This document shows positions 18,971 through 27,046 of a stretch of DNA of 64,000 bases, one piece after another. The notes beneath the pieces are model-generated. The model was not told where the DNA came from. It did no database searches and saw only the letters and a program-made list of their open reading frames with translations. The DNA comes from Chloroflexota bacterium. Lineage in GTDB: Bacteria > Chloroflexota > Dehalococcoidia > UBA2979. How positions within the stretch are numbered: position 1 is the first letter of the stretch; each line of letters starts with the position of its first letter. The translations under genes and the position numbers were made by a program. Location: positions 38,312 through 102,311 of the forward strand of contig JAQCKI010000001.1 in the NCBI GenBank assembly GCA_027592645.1, written 5' to 3'.

Positions 18971-19423
18971 ATGCACGGCGACAACGGCCCCGTCCTGGAC
19001 ATGGACGCCGCCACCGAGGCGATCGACGACGCCGATGTCCTGGTGATCGGCTTCGACTTCACGGCCGATCGGCTGCTGATCGATCTGCGCGAGGATCCGG
19101 AGGGCAACACCCCGCCGATCCTGGAACTGACCGAGCCGCTGACCAACGCCCACGAGCGGACGCTGTGGCTGGCGGAGCGCCGGCCGCTGGTGGCACCCCC
19201 GGATCGGTTCATCTTCTTCACCTGGCCGCACACCCCTCAGTTCCTGGAGGAGAGCGCGCTGCTGGATCGCGCCGTGGACCGCATGGTGCGTGACCACGGC
19301 GTGGACCTGCACGACGACCTGGTGGAGGTGTTCACCGACCTGCGCCGCCGCGATCAGGCGGACACGCGCAGCGCGGTCGCCGGTGCCGAGGGCTTCGAGA
19401 CGATCTGGAGCCGCCGCCGCTAG
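18971..19423 (+). CDS. Hypothetical protein.
   Basis: 150 aa with no motif I recognise. Codon usage is consistent with the host. Confidence 0.4.
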   Translation: MHGDNGPVLDMDAATEAIDDADVLVIGFDFTADRLLIDLREDPEGNTPPILELTEPLTNAHERTLWLAERRPLVAPPDRFIFFTWPHTPQFLEESALLDRAVDRMVRDHGVDLHDDLVEVFTDLRRRDQADTRSAVAGAEGFETIWSRRR

Positions 19424-19446
19424 CATCGGATACCGGAGGCGAGCCC

Positions 19447-20250
19447 ATGCCGGTCGCTCACGTCAACGACATCGACATCTACTACGAACTCGCCGGCGAT
19501 GGCCCGCGATTGCTGGTGCTGCCCGGCAGCGGTGCCGATCTGCGAGTGGCGAACGCGGGCAAGCCACTGCAGGACCGCTTCACCGTCCTCACACTCGACC
19601 AGCGCGGCCTCGGGCAGACCTCCGCGCCGCAGGGGCCGTACTCGATGGCGCAGTACGCCGATGACGTTGCGGGGCTGCTGGATCACCTGGGGTGGGAGCA
19701 CTGCCACGTCCTGGGAATCTCCTTCGGTGGGATGGTGGCGCAGGAAGTCGCGCTCCGGCACCCGCAGCGCATCGACCGCCTCGTGCTCGCCTGCTCGTCG
19801 CCGGGCGGGGCGGGTGGCTCCTCTGCCCCGTTGCACGAATATGAGCGGCTCCCGGTCGATGAGCAGGTCGCCGTGCGAATGCAGGTGCAGGACCGCCGTC
19901 ACGATGCCGCGTGGCGCGCGGCCCACGCCGACGAGGTCGCCGCGTTCCATGAGCGGATCGTGCGAGCCCAGTCACGCCCGCCAGAGGCACGTCGCGGTTC
20001 ACGCCTGCAACTCGAAGCCCGCGCCGAACACGACACGTTCGACCGCCTGCACCTGATCACCGCGCCCACACTGGTGGCGGGCGGCCGCCACGACGGGCAG
20101 GCACCGCAGGAGAACCAGCGCGCCATCGCCACGCGCATCCCCGGCGCGCGCCTGGAGTTCTTCGAGGGTGGCCACGGCTTCATCCGCGAGGATCCGGAGG
20201 CATACGACGCGCTGGCGGACTTTCTGCTGAACGGCTCAGCCGGGGCGTAA
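19447..20250 (+). CDS. Alpha/beta-fold hydrolase.
   Basis: Nucleophile elbow GISFGGMVAQE (GxSxG), HG-type oxyanion LLVLPGSGAD, C-terminal His (GGHGF). Confidence 0.7.
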   Translation: MPVAHVNDIDIYYELAGDGPRLLVLPGSGADLRVANAGKPLQDRFTVLTLDQRGLGQTSAPQGPYSMAQYADDVAGLLDHLGWEHCHVLGISFGGMVAQEVALRHPQRIDRLVLACSSPGGAGGSSAPLHEYERLPVDEQVAVRMQVQDRRHDAAWRAAHADEVAAFHERIVRAQSRPPEARRGSRLQLEARAEHDTFDRLHLITAPTLVAGGRHDGQAPQENQRAIATRIPGARLEFFEGGHGFIREDPEAYDALADFLLNGSAGA

Positions 20251-20253
20251 CGG

Positions 20254-21723
20254 TCAGGTGACCGTCCACCACGGTTCAACGTCCGCCTCGCGATCGCCGC
20301 GGCCGATGCCCCACGAGACGATTGCCGCGGCCAGCATCAGCGCGGCGGCAGCGATGAACACCTCGCGGAACGTGGTCACCTGCGCCTCCGCGACCAGCCG
20401 CGTGAACTCCGGCGTACCGAACTCCAGCGATCCCGCGCGCGCGTAGAACCGCCCGAGTCCGCTGGAGGTGAGCAGCGCCGCGCCGATCAGCATCCCGGTC
20501 ACGCGGCTGAGGGTGAGCCATGCGGACGCCGTCGCACGCTGCGCATCGTCGACGCGCTGCAGGACGGCCGCGCCGAGCGGCGCGATCACCAGGCCGAAGC
20601 CGAAGCCGCCGATCAACTGCGGTACGGTGCGCAGCATCTGCGACAGATCGCGATCCCAGCCCTGCAGGCCGAGGAACCCGGCGGCGGCGAACGCCATCCC
20701 GAGCACGGCGGTGCCGCGTAGGCCCAGCCGCGTGCCAAGCCAGCCGCCCGCGATCGCGCCGAAGGGTACGGCCACTGTCAGCCGCATCAACGTCAGGCCG
20801 CCCTCCAACGGCGACTCGACCAGCACGAGGTTCACGAACAACGGCACGCTGATCAGCACGACGATCAGGCCGACGCCAACCAGCAGGCTCGCCACCAGCG
20901 CCGCCTGCACTCGGCCGTCACGGAAGATCTCCAGCCGCACCATCGGCTCAGGGATACGTCGCTCGTACCACACCCACATCGCCACGATGCCGGCGACGCT
21001 GGCGAGCAGCGCGGCCGTGGCTGGCAGCGAGCGGCGGGCGTTGGGGTCATCGACCAGCGTGAACGTCAGCACGGCGAGCGCGATGCCGAGCACGGCCGCG
21101 CCCGCCCAATCGATACGGCCACGCGTGCGCTCGTGCCCTGCGAGGCGCCACGCGGCGATCGCGATCGGGAGCGACATCGGCAGGTTCACCCAGAACACGG
21201 TGCGCCAGTCGAACCACTCCGTGATCGCCCCGCCCCACAGCGGCCCCAGCAGCGCACCACCCTCGGACGCCGCGGCGATGGCACCGAGGCCCATGACGCG
21301 ACGTTCGGGCGGCAACTCGGTGACCACGATCGCCATCGCCACGGGCACCACGCCACCGCCGCCCACCGCCTGCAGGGCGCGGAACGCCACCAGCGGCTCG
21401 AATGATGGCGCGAGCGCGACGAGAGCGCTGCCGAGCATGAACACGCCGAGGCAGGCCGCGAAGATGCGCGCGTGGCCGTACACATCGGCGATGCGCCCCA
21501 CCAGCGGCAGCGCCACGAGGTAGCCGAGCAGGTAGCCGTTCACCACCCAGGACGCGCGGTAAAAGTCGTCCACCGTGAGCCCGATCTCGTTGATGATCGC
21601 GGGCAGCACGGCCACGATGGAGGTCTGATCGTCGGCCGCGACAAACACGCCGGCCGCGACGGTCCAGATTAGCCATCGGCCGCGTCGAGGGTCACGTGTG
21701 GCGATGGCGGCAGGCTGGCTCAC
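20254..21723 (-). CDS. MFS drug/lipid efflux transporter (DHA2-like, 14 TMS; P55-like partner of LprG).
   Basis: ...LGRIADVYGHARIFAACLGVFMLGSAL... MFS motifs. The GTG start at 21723 overlaps the lprG-like stop (GTGA). Confidence 0.8.
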   Translation of the reverse strand: MSQPAAIATRDPRRGRWLIWTVAAGVFVAADDQTSIVAVLPAIINEIGLTVDDFYRASWVVNGYLLGYLVALPLVGRIADVYGHARIFAACLGVFMLGSALVALAPSFEPLVAFRALQAVGGGGVVPVAMAIVVTELPPERRVMGLGAIAAASEGGALLGPLWGGAITEWFDWRTVFWVNLPMSLPIAIAAWRLAGHERTRGRIDWAGAAVLGIALAVLTFTLVDDPNARRSLPATAALLASVAGIVAMWVWYERRIPEPMVRLEIFRDGRVQAALVASLLVGVGLIVVLISVPLFVNLVLVESPLEGGLTLMRLTVAVPFGAIAGGWLGTRLGLRGTAVLGMAFAAAGFLGLQGWDRDLSQMLRTVPQLIGGFGFGLVIAPLGAAVLQRVDDAQRATASAWLTLSRVTGMLIGAALLTSSGLGRFYARAGSLEFGTPEFTRLVAEAQVTTFREVFIAAAALMLAAAIVSWGIGRGDREADVEPWWTVT

Positions 21724-22412
21724 CGGGGCGCGACGATCTCCACGGGCTGATCGAAGCGGGTGAGGTCCAGGCGGCGCAGGGTGTTCTCGGCTTCCTCGGG
21801 GGTCACCGCCCCTTCGATCTCGATGCGGTAGACGAGCGAATCTTCGATGCCGACCCACGCACGCGCATGAAGTGCCCGCCCCGCCGGTGCGTCCGGTGCG
21901 AACAGATCGAGGCTGCCCGAGTCCACGGTCGCGTCTACGCGGTAGGTCTCGACGTCACCGATGCGCTCGGTGCGCGACACGGAGGCGGCGGTGACGGAGC
22001 GCATCAGCGCGGTGACGCCGGCCTCCGGGTTGAAGAACGCGGCGAGCGAGACCTCCTCGCGCTGCCAGCGCCCCGTCAGCGGGTTCGTGATGTAGGACTG
22101 CTCCGGCAGGATCACGATGCCGAGCCTCAGGTTGGAGGTGCCCAGCCGCGCCCGGATCTCCATCTGCGCCCGATCCGTCCCGGCGATGTCGCCCTCGGCG
22201 GAGACGAGTTCGAGGCCCAGCATGATGGGCGTGGTGCCGTTCTCCTGCGTCAGGACGAAGTGGAATGCCTCCACCCGGTCCATCCGCTCCGCGGCGCCGG
22301 CCAGCACCGCCTCCGCGTCGACACCTGCCACCGAGCCGCCTCCACCGCACGCCACGAGGAGCAGCGCCACCACGCCGAGCGCGACCAGGGCGATCCGATG
22401 GGCGCCGCTCAT
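21720..22412 (-). CDS. LppX/LprAFG-family lipoprotein (LprG-like lipid-binding lipoprotein).
   Basis: Signal peptide plus lipobox ALLLVACGGGG. The LppX_LprAFG-like fold is predicted from length and pattern (..FHFVLTQENG...LVSAEGDIAG...YRVDATVD..). It is translationally coupled to the downstream MFS gene, as in mycobacterial lprG-p55. Confidence 0.65.
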   Translation of the reverse strand: MSGAHRIALVALGVVALLLVACGGGGSVAGVDAEAVLAGAAERMDRVEAFHFVLTQENGTTPIMLGLELVSAEGDIAGTDRAQMEIRARLGTSNLRLGIVILPEQSYITNPLTGRWQREEVSLAAFFNPEAGVTALMRSVTAASVSRTERIGDVETYRVDATVDSGSLDLFAPDAPAGRALHARAWVGIEDSLVYRIEIEGAVTPEEAENTLRRLDLTRFDQPVEIVAPR

Positions 22413-23464
22413 CGGACGTCCACCACGGGTGCCCCGGCCTCGATGTGACCGACGATCCAGCAGCCGCCCGCCTCCGCCTCGATCGCGCTGCGGAGGGCCT
22501 CGGCGTTGTCCGGGGGCACGGCGATGAAGAGCGGGCCGGAGGTCTGCGGGTCGTAGAGGACGTGAACGAGCGCGTCGTCGAGGCCGTCCACGAGACGGAT
22601 GCGGTCACCGAGTTGTTCGCGGTTGCGGCTGGAGCCACCGGTCACCGCGCCGGCGGCGGCGAAGTGGAGCGCGTCCGGCAGCAGCGGCACCCGCGCCGCC
22701 TCGATCACCACGGTCACGTCGCTGCGCGTGGCCACCTCCGCCGCGTGCCCCATGAGGGCGTAGCCGGTGATGTCCGTCATCGCGTGGACGCCATGCGCAC
22801 GGGCGAGGTGCGAGGGGTGCCGGCTGAGTTGGAGCATGCTTGCGACGGCCGCCTCGTAGCCGGCCTCGTAGCCGTCGCGCTGCTGCTGCGCGGCGGTCAG
22901 CAGGATGCCGGTGCCGAGCGCCTTGGTCAGCAGCAGGAGGTCGCCGGGCTGCGCGCCGCTCTTCTGGATCACCGCGTCCGGGTGGATCACGCCCGTGACG
23001 GAGAGCCCGTACTTCGGCTCCTTGTCGAAGACGGTGTGGCCGCCGGCGATCACGGCGCCCGCTTCGCGCACCTTCTCTGCACCGCCCCGGAAGACCTCGG
23101 AGAGCATCGCGGGGTCAAGGTCGTCCGGCCATGCGGCGATGTTCAGCGCCAGGCGCACCTCGCCACCCATCGCGTACACATCGGAGAGCGCGTTGGCAGC
23201 GGCAATTGCGCCATACGTGTACGGGTCGTCCACCACGGGCGGGAAGAAGTCCAGCGTCTGGATCAGGGCGAGATCGGGCGCGATCCGGTAGACGGCCGCG
23301 TCGTCCGCGCCATCGAGCCCCACCATGAGATCCGGGTAGTCCGCCGGATTGAAGGTGTCGTGAATCGGGCGCAAGACCTGCGCCAGGGTCCCCAGACCCA
23401 TCTTGCCCGCTCAACCGGCGCAGGAGGCCAGGTCGGTGAGGCGGAAGATCTCTTCGCGCGTCAT
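22409..23464 (-). CDS. selD: Selenide, water dikinase (selenophosphate synthetase), selenoprotein form with an in-frame UGA.
   Basis: The ORF-track fragment starting at 23401 (MGLGTLAQVL...DDAAVYRIAPDLALIQTLDFFPPVVDDPYTYGAIAAANALSDVYAMGG) is SelD lacking its catalytic N-terminus. Reading upstream in frame on the minus strand gives MTREEIFRLTDLASCAG-TGA-AGKM..., which aligns with E. coli [14 protein letters not shown] with the TGA at the catalytic Cys/Sec position. A perfect AAAGGAGGA Shine-Dalgarno sits 7 nt before the ATG at 23464, and a hairpin lies 11 nt 3' of the UGA. Confidence 0.75.
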
Positions 23465-23580
23465 CGCCATTCCTCCTTTCGTGCGCTGGGTGCTCGCTGG
23501 GCGGATGCATCGTCGCACCCACCCTCGAGCGCGTCGAGGAGCGAACCTGCCCCACCAAGAGCCGCTGCTACCATCGGCGC

Positions 23581-24273
23581 ATGCCCGCCAAGCGCGCCCC
23601 CCGCCCCGATATTGCCCCGCCCGCGTGGTCGCCGGGTGAACTCATCGCGATCCTCGATGAGGCGTACGGGCGGGCGCCCCAGCAGGCCTCGCACGAGCCG
23701 GTGTTCGAACTCGTGCTCACGCTGCTCTCCCAGCACACCTCGGACCTGAACTCCGGCGTGGCGATGCACCGGCTGTGGGAGGCGTTCCCTTCGTGGGACG
23801 CGGTGCTGAGCGCACCGATCGAGGCGGTCGAGGACGCGATCCGGCCGGGTGGACTGGCACCGACGAAGTCGCGCCGCCTCCAGGCCCTGCTCACCGAGGT
23901 GCGCGAGCGTCGCCCCGACTGGGACCTGGAGTTCCTGCGCGACCTGCCACTGGACGAGGCGAAGGCGTGGCTGACCTCGCTCCCCGGCGTCGGGCCCAAG
24001 ACGGCGGCGTGCGTGCTGCTGTTCGCGCTGGAGCGGCCCGCGCTGCCCGTGGACACGCACGTCGAGCGCGTCTCGAAGCGCCTCGGCCTGGTGCCGCCGA
24101 AGATGCCAGCCGACAAGGCGCACGACGTGCTGGAGGCGATGCTGGAGCCGGAGCAGGTGTACGCGTTCCACGTGGACCTGATCCAGCACGGCCGCCGTAC
24201 CTGCCACGCGCGTGGCCCGAAGTGCGATGCCTGTCCGCTCGAGTCGCGCTGTCCGAAGGTGGGCGTCGGGTAG
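23581..24273 (+). CDS. nth: Endonuclease III-like HhH-GPD DNA glycosylase with a [4Fe-4S] cluster.
   Basis: HhH motif LPGVGPKTAACVLLFAL, a catalytic D (ALPVDTHV), and C-terminal CHARGPKCDACPLESRC (C-x6-C-x2-C-x5-C). Confidence 0.8.
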   Translation: MPAKRAPRPDIAPPAWSPGELIAILDEAYGRAPQQASHEPVFELVLTLLSQHTSDLNSGVAMHRLWEAFPSWDAVLSAPIEAVEDAIRPGGLAPTKSRRLQALLTEVRERRPDWDLEFLRDLPLDEAKAWLTSLPGVGPKTAACVLLFALERPALPVDTHVERVSKRLGLVPPKMPADKAHDVLEAMLEPEQVYAFHVDLIQHGRRTCHARGPKCDACPLESRCPKVGVG

Positions 24274-24284
24274 GGCGTCGGCCC

Positions 24285-24821
24285 TCAGTCGCGCGCGTCC
24301 GGGTCGGCGGGGCCATCGAGCGTCAACTGCATCTCGACATCGCTGAGCCAGCGGCCGAACTTGCGGCCCGTGTCGTGCTCGCTCCCGGTCAGGACGAATC
24401 CGAAGCGTTCGTGCAGCGCGATGCTCCCGGCGTTCTCCGCCTCGATCCACGCGACGACGGCGCGGATGCCGAGGGCGCGCGCCGCCTCCACGAGCGTCCC
24501 GAGGAGCGCGCGCCCGATGCCACGGCCCTGCGCCTCCGGCGCGATGTAGACCGTGTCCTCACGGGTCCAGCGGTAGCCGGGCTTGCCGCGGTAGCGCGAG
24601 AGGTAGGCGAACCCCGCGACCCGTCCATCGACCTCCGCAACGAAGACCGGCGAACGGTCGTCGTGTTCGCGGAACCACGCCTGGCGGGCCTCCAGCGTCC
24701 ATTCGTCCAGATCCCAGGTCGCGATGCCCTCGCGGATCTCGCGGTTGTAGATGGCGTTGATCGCCTCCAGATCGCGTTCCTCGGCGCGGCGGACGGTGAC
24801 CTCGGGCGGTTGTGCTGGCAT
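24285..24821 (-). CDS. GNAT N-acetyltransferase (PAT/YwnH-like).
   Basis: ...VFVAEVDGRVAGFAYLSRYRGKPGYRWTREDTVYIAPEAQGRGIGRALL...RFGF. The ORF-track start at 25127 is over-extended; the ATG at 24821 fits. Confidence 0.7.
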   Translation of the reverse strand: MPAQPPEVTVRRAEERDLEAINAIYNREIREGIATWDLDEWTLEARQAWFREHDDRSPVFVAEVDGRVAGFAYLSRYRGKPGYRWTREDTVYIAPEAQGRGIGRALLGTLVEAARALGIRAVVAWIEAENAGSIALHERFGFVLTGSEHDTGRKFGRWLSDVEMQLTLDGPADPDARD

Positions 24822-25023
24822 AGGGCGGAGGATACCGGCCGGTGGTGCCTCAGCGCTGCTGCGGCAGGTGACAATCGCCCCTATACTCGGGCCATGGAAG
24901 GAACGGGTGCCATGACGACGCAGACCGGCCAGGACGCTTCGCGCGCTGGGCTGCTGCGCGTCCGTCGTCTTCGCCGGACAGTTGCGCACGCCACCCCCGC
25001 CCAGTAGCGGAGCACTTCCCCTC

Positions 25024-26265
25024 ATGACTTCCCTGGATGCTTCCACCCCGGCCTTCGACTGGATCGATGGCGGTGGGGTGACCACCCCCCTCGGCTTCGT
25101 CGCCGGCGCCGTATACGCCGGCATCAAGACTTACGGCGACGAGCCGCGCCTGGACCTGGGCGTGCTTGGCGGCGAGGCACCCCTCACGGCGGCTGGCGTC
25201 TTCACACGCAACGCCGTGACCGGCCACTCGGTGAGCCACGGCCGCAACCTGTTCGCCCGCACGAGCACGATTCGCGGCGTGGTGATCAACTCCGGCAACG
25301 CCAACACAGTCACCGGCACGCAGGGCGCGAAGGACTGCGCGCACCTCGCCGCGCTGGCGGGCGCTCTGCTCGGGGGCACCGCCGGTGACGTGATCGTCGG
25401 CTCCACCGGCGTCATCGGCCGCATGTTGCCGATGGCGAAGGTGGAGCGCGGGGCGAGCGAGATCACGCTCTCCCGCGACGGTGGCTACGCCTTCTCGCGG
25501 GCGATCATGACCACCGACACGCACGAGAAGCAGGCTGCGCTGCGATTCGAGGTTGCCGGGCGTGCCTACCGCGTCGGCGGCTGCGCGAAGGGCTCCGGGA
25601 TGATCCACCCGAACATGGGCACCATGTACGGCGTGGTGACCACGGACGCCCCCGTGGACGCGGCGTGGCTGGACGCCACGTGGCGCGCCATCGTCGACCG
25701 CACGTTCAACATGATCGATGTGGACATGGACACCTCCACCAGCGACATGGCCCTCGTGATGGCCTCCGGCGCGGCGGGCGGCGACCCGGTCTCCGCCGGG
25801 CACCCGGCTGAGGCGATGCTGATCGCGGCGATTGATGCCGTCGCCGGCCGCCTGGCGCGCTCAGTCGCGCGCGACGGCGAGGGCGCCACGTGCCTGATCG
25901 AGGCGACGGCGAGCGGTGCCGCCAGCGTCGAGGACGCGCGGATCGCCGCGCGCACGGTGACCTCCTCGCCTCTGGTGAAGACGGCCGTCACGGGCCGCGA
26001 CCCGAACTGGGGCCGAATCATGATGGCTGCCGGTCGCTCCGGCGCGCGTATCGACCAGGATCGCGCCAGCGTCTGGATCGGCGAGCACTGCGTCCTGGAC
26101 GCCGGCCAGCCGGTGGCCGTCGACCTGAAACTGGTCTCGGAGGCAATGGGCCACGAGGTCGTCTCGATCCGGGTGGATCTGGGCGTCGGTGACGCCTCGG
26201 CGACCGCCTGGGGCTGCAACCTGACCCACGAGTACGTATCGATCAACGCGGACTACACCACATGA
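25024..26265 (+). CDS. argJ: Bifunctional glutamate N-acetyltransferase / amino-acid acetyltransferase.
   Basis: ...GFVAGAVYAGIKTYGDEPRLDLGVL... with the autoproteolytic ATML-like site MTTDTHEK region. Length 413 aa. Confidence 0.9.
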   Translation: MTSLDASTPAFDWIDGGGVTTPLGFVAGAVYAGIKTYGDEPRLDLGVLGGEAPLTAAGVFTRNAVTGHSVSHGRNLFARTSTIRGVVINSGNANTVTGTQGAKDCAHLAALAGALLGGTAGDVIVGSTGVIGRMLPMAKVERGASEITLSRDGGYAFSRAIMTTDTHEKQAALRFEVAGRAYRVGGCAKGSGMIHPNMGTMYGVVTTDAPVDAAWLDATWRAIVDRTFNMIDVDMDTSTSDMALVMASGAAGGDPVSAGHPAEAMLIAAIDAVAGRLARSVARDGEGATCLIEATASGAASVEDARIAARTVTSSPLVKTAVTGRDPNWGRIMMAAGRSGARIDQDRASVWIGEHCVLDAGQPVAVDLKLVSEAMGHEVVSIRVDLGVGDASATAWGCNLTHEYVSINADYTT

Positions 26266-27044
26266 CCAACACGACTCCTCAGAAGCGCGCCACCGTCATC
26301 AAGATCGGCGGCTCGACGCTGGGCTCGGAGGACACGACGCTCCAGGACGTCGCCGCGCTGAACCGCGCCGGCGAGCGCGTGGTCGTCGTCCACGGCGGCG
26401 GCGCGATGATCACCGAGTGGCTGAAGAAGATGGAGATCGACTCCGTCTTTGTGGATGGCCTCCGCTCGACGAACGCCGCCGCTCTTGAGGTGGTGGTGGG
26501 CGTCCTCCGCGGCGTGGTGAACACCCAACTCGTCGGTGAGATCGTGGCCCTCGGTGGGCGCGCGGTCGGCATTTGCGGCGTCGATGGTGCCTGCGTGCGC
26601 GCCGAGCGCTACGACGACCGGCTGGAGTACGTCGGCCGCGTGACCTCGGTGGACGGTGCGTTCATCGAAGGGCTGCTGGACGCGGGTGTGATCCCGGTGA
26701 TCGCCCCGATCGGGTTCGAGGCGCCGAACCAGCCGTTGAACATCAACGCGGACACCGTCGCCGGCGAGGTGGCGCGTGCAATCAGGGCCGACTCACTGAC
26801 GTTCCTGACGGACGTGGACGGCCTGATGGACGCACAGAAGCAGGTACTGTCGGAGGTGGACGCGGCGACGGCCGCGGCCCTGCGGGCGGACGGCACGCTC
26901 GCAGGGGGTATGATCCCGAAAATTGACGCCTGCTTCCGCGCCGCCGAGGCAGGCGCGCGGGCGCTGATTGCGAATGGAACACAGCCGGGCACCCTGCGGC
27001 GGATCGCCGCCGGAGAGGCCATCGGCACGCTCATCAAGGGGTAA
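26262..27044 (+). CDS. argB: Acetylglutamate kinase.
   Basis: TVIKIGGSTLGSE...VVVHGGGAMI... amino-acid kinase family. Overlaps the argJ stop. Confidence 0.9.
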   Translation: MTNTTPQKRATVIKIGGSTLGSEDTTLQDVAALNRAGERVVVVHGGGAMITEWLKKMEIDSVFVDGLRSTNAAALEVVVGVLRGVVNTQLVGEIVALGGRAVGICGVDGACVRAERYDDRLEYVGRVTSVDGAFIEGLLDAGVIPVIAPIGFEAPNQPLNINADTVAGEVARAIRADSLTFLTDVDGLMDAQKQVLSEVDAATAAALRADGTLAGGMIPKIDACFRAAEAGARALIANGTQPGTLRRIAAGEAIGTLIKG

Positions 27045-27046
27045 AC

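Noticed and set aside
23399-23401. ATG at 23401 as the selD start, with the upstream TGA as a genuine stop.
   Set aside because: The catalytic motif is conserved across the TGA, the SD is positioned at the upstream ATG, and a hairpin follows the UGA. It is called as Sec.
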